Of a stretch of DNA of 64,000 bases, positions 60,031 through 64,000 are shown piece after piece (the stretch's first letter is position 1; each line of letters opens with the position of its first letter). Source of the stretch: Camelus ferus (taxonomy: Eukaryota); assembly GCF_009834535.1 (NCBI RefSeq), contig NC_045697.1, forward strand, positions 109,742,001 to 109,806,000, given 5' to 3'. The notes under the pieces are model-generated. The model was not told the DNA's origin. It saw nothing but the letters and a program-made list of their open reading frames with translations, and did not search any database. The translations under genes were made by a program, and so were the position numbers.

Positions 60031-62004
60031 TTGATCTTTTGCTTTTCTTTACATACTTCTGAACTTTATGTTCCTTTATTTTGAAAAGGGAAGGAAAACA
60101 GAATAAAGATAAGCTCTACTTTAGTTTAATAAACTCTAAGATGATTTGTCCATAAAGATTAGACTTAATTTTTTAAAAGCATATAGAGGAAAGTTTATAA
60201 AGGTCCTAATAACTCACATTCTAGGGGTGAATTGGACCTCAACTTGGATCAGGAATAAATTCCACATCCATATGAGCAACTCCTACAGCTGTGTTTTCCA
60301 TCCTTAGCCTGCCGGAAGTGGGCTTCCACAGTGTCTGTCCAAGATACTGGAATGTGAGGGCCTTTGGATGTGCTGGGGTCAACCTAAAAGGTCATAGAGA
60401 AGCATCCAAATCAGGAGTGTGGTTCAATGGGCAGTAACTTTCTCCATCCATCCACCCACCCATCCATTCATCCATCCATGCACTTAAATAGTGAGGGCGT
60501 ACTGCACCCAAGGCACAAAACTGAGGAAAGCCACTTCCCTTCTGAGATGTAGATTCTAGTGGGATTACACATCGTAATAATAAACTTATCTTTCTCTTAA
60601 ACTTGCCATTTTAGATCAGAAACCCAAGGACTAACTGTGGTGGTGGTTCTTGGTCTGCTGCAGGACTGCTGGCTTATAAGTGGGGCCAAAGTATAATCCC
60701 TAGCCTTGTTTATTTCACTTCTGACCTACGACCATGTACTTCATCTTCCCTTTCCTTTCTCATCTCAGTCCAGGGCTCTGCGTGTTTCAGGAGCTGCCCT
60801 ACCCTTCCTCCTGGCCTGTTTGATCACAAAGCAACTTTGATAGAACATCTGTTTCCCCATCACAGGGCAACTGATTCCAGATGGTGAAGCCTGATCATTT
60901 AAGAACTATGGATGGAGGTACTTTGGGGAGTAGTTTTGATTTTGTTTTCCACTGCCTTCTCAGAGTTTTAAGAGAATGCTGAGGCCTGGTTTTCCCTGAA
61001 CCTTCATATATTCAATAGATCTTTTGATTGATCTTACTTGGTGTCATGAAAGAACATGGAATTTCTTTGTTATTGTCTTAGAAAAGTCTCAAATAAAGAT
61101 TTGAGGGTCTATTAGGGTAGTATCACTATTAAAGCAAGGACAGTAATGTAAATTAAGCTGAATTCTCTAGAAGTTTCTGTAGCTATGTCATTATTTTGCA
61201 CCTCTTGTGCTATGAGTGATGTGCAATGGTATACATGACATGGTAAATATATGACATGATACCATGTATCTCCCAGGGGAAATGTTTCTTCTAATGCTGT
61301 TTTTTCTTGTTTTGCTTTGGTTGTTAATTGCAGGGTTCCTCTGCGATTTTCTGAAGCTTTTTAAGGTTGAAATCTGAAGCACTGTTATTTCTCAAGTTTT
61401 TTGAGATTCAACTGAATATGTGCAGCTCTTGCCACCGGATTATTCCTGCATACAGTTTCATCATGACGACTGGGCTTCGTCTTATCTCAAAGTTCTTTTT
61501 ACCAAGTGGACATTTGTCTTTATAACATGATACTGTAATGGCTATCTAGTGAACTATCTTCATCAACATTCCCTGTAATGCTGAGTATTGACTTTGTATT
61601 AATCACTCCCACCTAAGTTTCATTTTTCGCTCCGTATTTTGGGTTAGCTCTCTGTATTCAAGAAGATGATTGGGTTCACAATAAGAAATATGGAGCCTTT
61701 TGTTGGGTGGCTACCCTCCTGAGTAGTCACTGCAATTTAATCTTTAATTACATATTTCTATTATACCTTTAGGGTGTGAAAATCAACTACCCTCTGAAAA
61801 TATTCAGTTTTTATTCTGGAGATAGTTAATATAGTGGTCCTTCAGGATTTTTCTGAGGACTACTTTTTCCTGCATTTCTGGTTGAACAATGGCCAAACTA
61901 CAAATTACCCAGATTTAAATAACAGGCAGTATCATAAAATAACTGAGGACCAAGTCATTCCAAGGAGATTCTGCAAATGCAACTGCGCTATTGTATATTT
62001 TTGG

Positions 62005-62635
62005 CTGTTTATTTTATTTTATTTTTTATTGAAGTATAGTTGATTTACAATATTATATTAGTTTCAGGTGTATAGCATAGGGAGTCAGTATTTTTAGAGT
62101 TAATAGAAAGTATTAGACGACAATGGCTAAAACTTCCTGTGTTGTACAATATATCCTTGTTGCTGATGTATTTTATATGTAATACTTCACATTGCTTAAT
62201 CCCATACCCCTCATTTGTCCCTCCTCCCTACCCTTTGGTAACCACTAGTTTGTGTTCTATATCTGTGAGTCTTTTTCTGTTTTGCTATGTACCTTCTTTT
62301 GTACTATTTTTTAGATTCCACTTATAAATGATACCATACAGTATTTGTCTTTCTTTGTCTGACTTATTTCACTATGCATATGGACTATTCTCTAGGTCCA
62401 TCCATGTTGCTGCAAATGGCAGAATTTCATTCTTTTTAATGGCTGAGTAATATTCTATTGTGTGTATGTACACCACATCCTCTTTATCCATTTGTCTGTT
62501 GATGGGAACTTCAGTTGTTTCCATATCTTGGCTATTGTAAATAGTGCTGCTGTGAACATTGGGGTGTGTGTATCTTTTTAAGTTAGTGTTTTTGTTTTTT
62601 TTTCTGGTTGTACACCCAAGAGTGGAATTGCTGGG
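62005..62635 (-). mobile_element. 5'-truncated L1 (3' UTR + ORF2 end)
   Basis: tttattgaagtatagttgatttacaa...ccatccatgttgctgcaaatggc...ggctattgtaaatagtgctgc...agtggaattgctgg. Confidence 0.9.
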
Positions 62636-64000
62636 TTTGACTATCCTTTAGATGAAAAACATCTTAAAATTCATAAGTGAACCAAGCCAATGCAATTGAA
62701 TATTATTGATTGAAAGCTGATAGGCAGGTAAGAAACCAGCATTTGCTAGGAGTATGCTATCACTTAACCTTCCAGTAACATTTTTAGGGAAAATTCTATT
62801 TTTTTGATGATAATTTGCTTAAGGTCAGGAATCTCATTAGGGACAAGACTAACGTTGTGACTTGGGTTTCTGGAGTGACTTGTTTAGGAATAGCAATCCT
62901 GGCTCTCTTTAGGGAATTTCTTTCCACTTTGAAAATTACCGGAAACAAGAGAAAGAGGAAACTACTTGGTCATCATGATTGGAAAAAAAATTTTATAGAG
63001 TTTATCAGTTCTGGAAAAAATTACAACAAATGAGAAATTTTACTAGAGAGGAAGAGCAGAGAATCAAAATTCTCCCCAAGGCCCCTCATTTCACCTTTGG
63101 AAGAAGATTAAAGCTGGTATGTAGCAAATAAAACTTCCAGCCTAAAGTCTGCCAAAAAGTCAAAGAAGATTGCATGGTTTTTTTACTCTTGTCAGTGCAA
63201 TCTTTCTAGCTCGAGGAAAAAGACTATCAAACCATATGTGGTTCAACATAATTCCTGATGTCACTCGTATGAACTAACAGCATTTCTTGACATGGGTGTT
63301 TTACTCTGAAAACAAACTGTGTATTCAGGCTAGAGAAGTGACTCTTCTCAAGTGCATGTAGTACTTTTCATCAGAGCTGGACTCTGCCCTCTCCTTGGTC
63401 CTTTGATGGACAGAACTATGTTCTAAATCTGAAGACAGTGGTACCACATCTTTTTCTCTCTTTATCTTTTTGAATATCGTAAACATTTGTTTTAAATACT
63501 TTTTCAAGTGGACCCATCCCCTCTAACCGTTGAGGTGCCATTTCTCCCATTGTTTGGTGGTTTGCTCCTCAAAGTATGACTGGTCAGACTTTGTTGTTCA
63601 CTGACCTGCCACAGAGGTTGCCTTGGGAGCCTCATGTCCCCTGGGTCATTGTTTCCCTGTTGAGTGGCTTGGAGTTGGTGTGAGTGAGGACCCAACCGAC
63701 TTCAGTGTTTCAGCCTACTGTTTAGGTTAATGTGTCACTCTTGGATTTCTGTGGCTCTTGGGAGTAGAATTTAGACTGCACTCCTGAGCATGGCCTGGAG
63801 TTAAGACCTTGATGCCAGCCCAGGAAGGTGGGCAGAGGTGTTTCATTCCTTATCTTGTGCTTATACAGGGCAGCCCTTTATGCCCCCAGCTTTATTTGGA
63901 AGGCACAGTTCAATCCTTCCATTTTTCTTGGGACTGAGTCCTTGTATTTTGTATGTTAAACCCAGACCTCAGCCCTCGAACCCAGATCTGAAACTGATCG

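Noticed and set aside
63325..63695. Two adjacent minus-strand ORFs as a terminal coding exon
   Set aside because: They are in different frames, lack a convincing polypyrimidine acceptor and show no protein similarity I recognise.

Overview
Mammalian genomic DNA, most likely camelid: it carries tRNA-Ala-derived Vic-1-like SINEs and many 3' fragments of one L1 lineage. The window is essentially intergenic or intronic. It starts at the edge of a CpG island (~280-560). Much of the rest is transposon relics: L1, L2, MIR, ERV1 solo LTRs, a decayed ERV-L provirus, other ERVL LTRs, and hAT and Tigger DNA elements. I found no intact host exon. The only host-derived coding sequence is a minus-strand, intronless cTAGE/MIA2-family pseudogene (31232-31858). 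Reading through a CTG start and two in-frame stops gives a ~208-codon TM + coiled-coil protein with a short C-terminus unlike cTAGE5, which suggests a retrocopy of a short, diverged cTAGE-like source gene. Other notable structures: a 169-bp AT-rich palindrome (9699-9867), a G-rich minisatellite grown from the ERV-L dUTPase region, a twin-primed (5'-inverted) L1, a nested LTR-in-LTR, an ~88-bp dispersed duplication and a compact RUNX/STAT5/ETS/ATF motif cluster. I see no evidence for a wholly new multi-gene system. Repeat family names come from recalled consensus similarity, and boundaries without a stated TSD are approximate.
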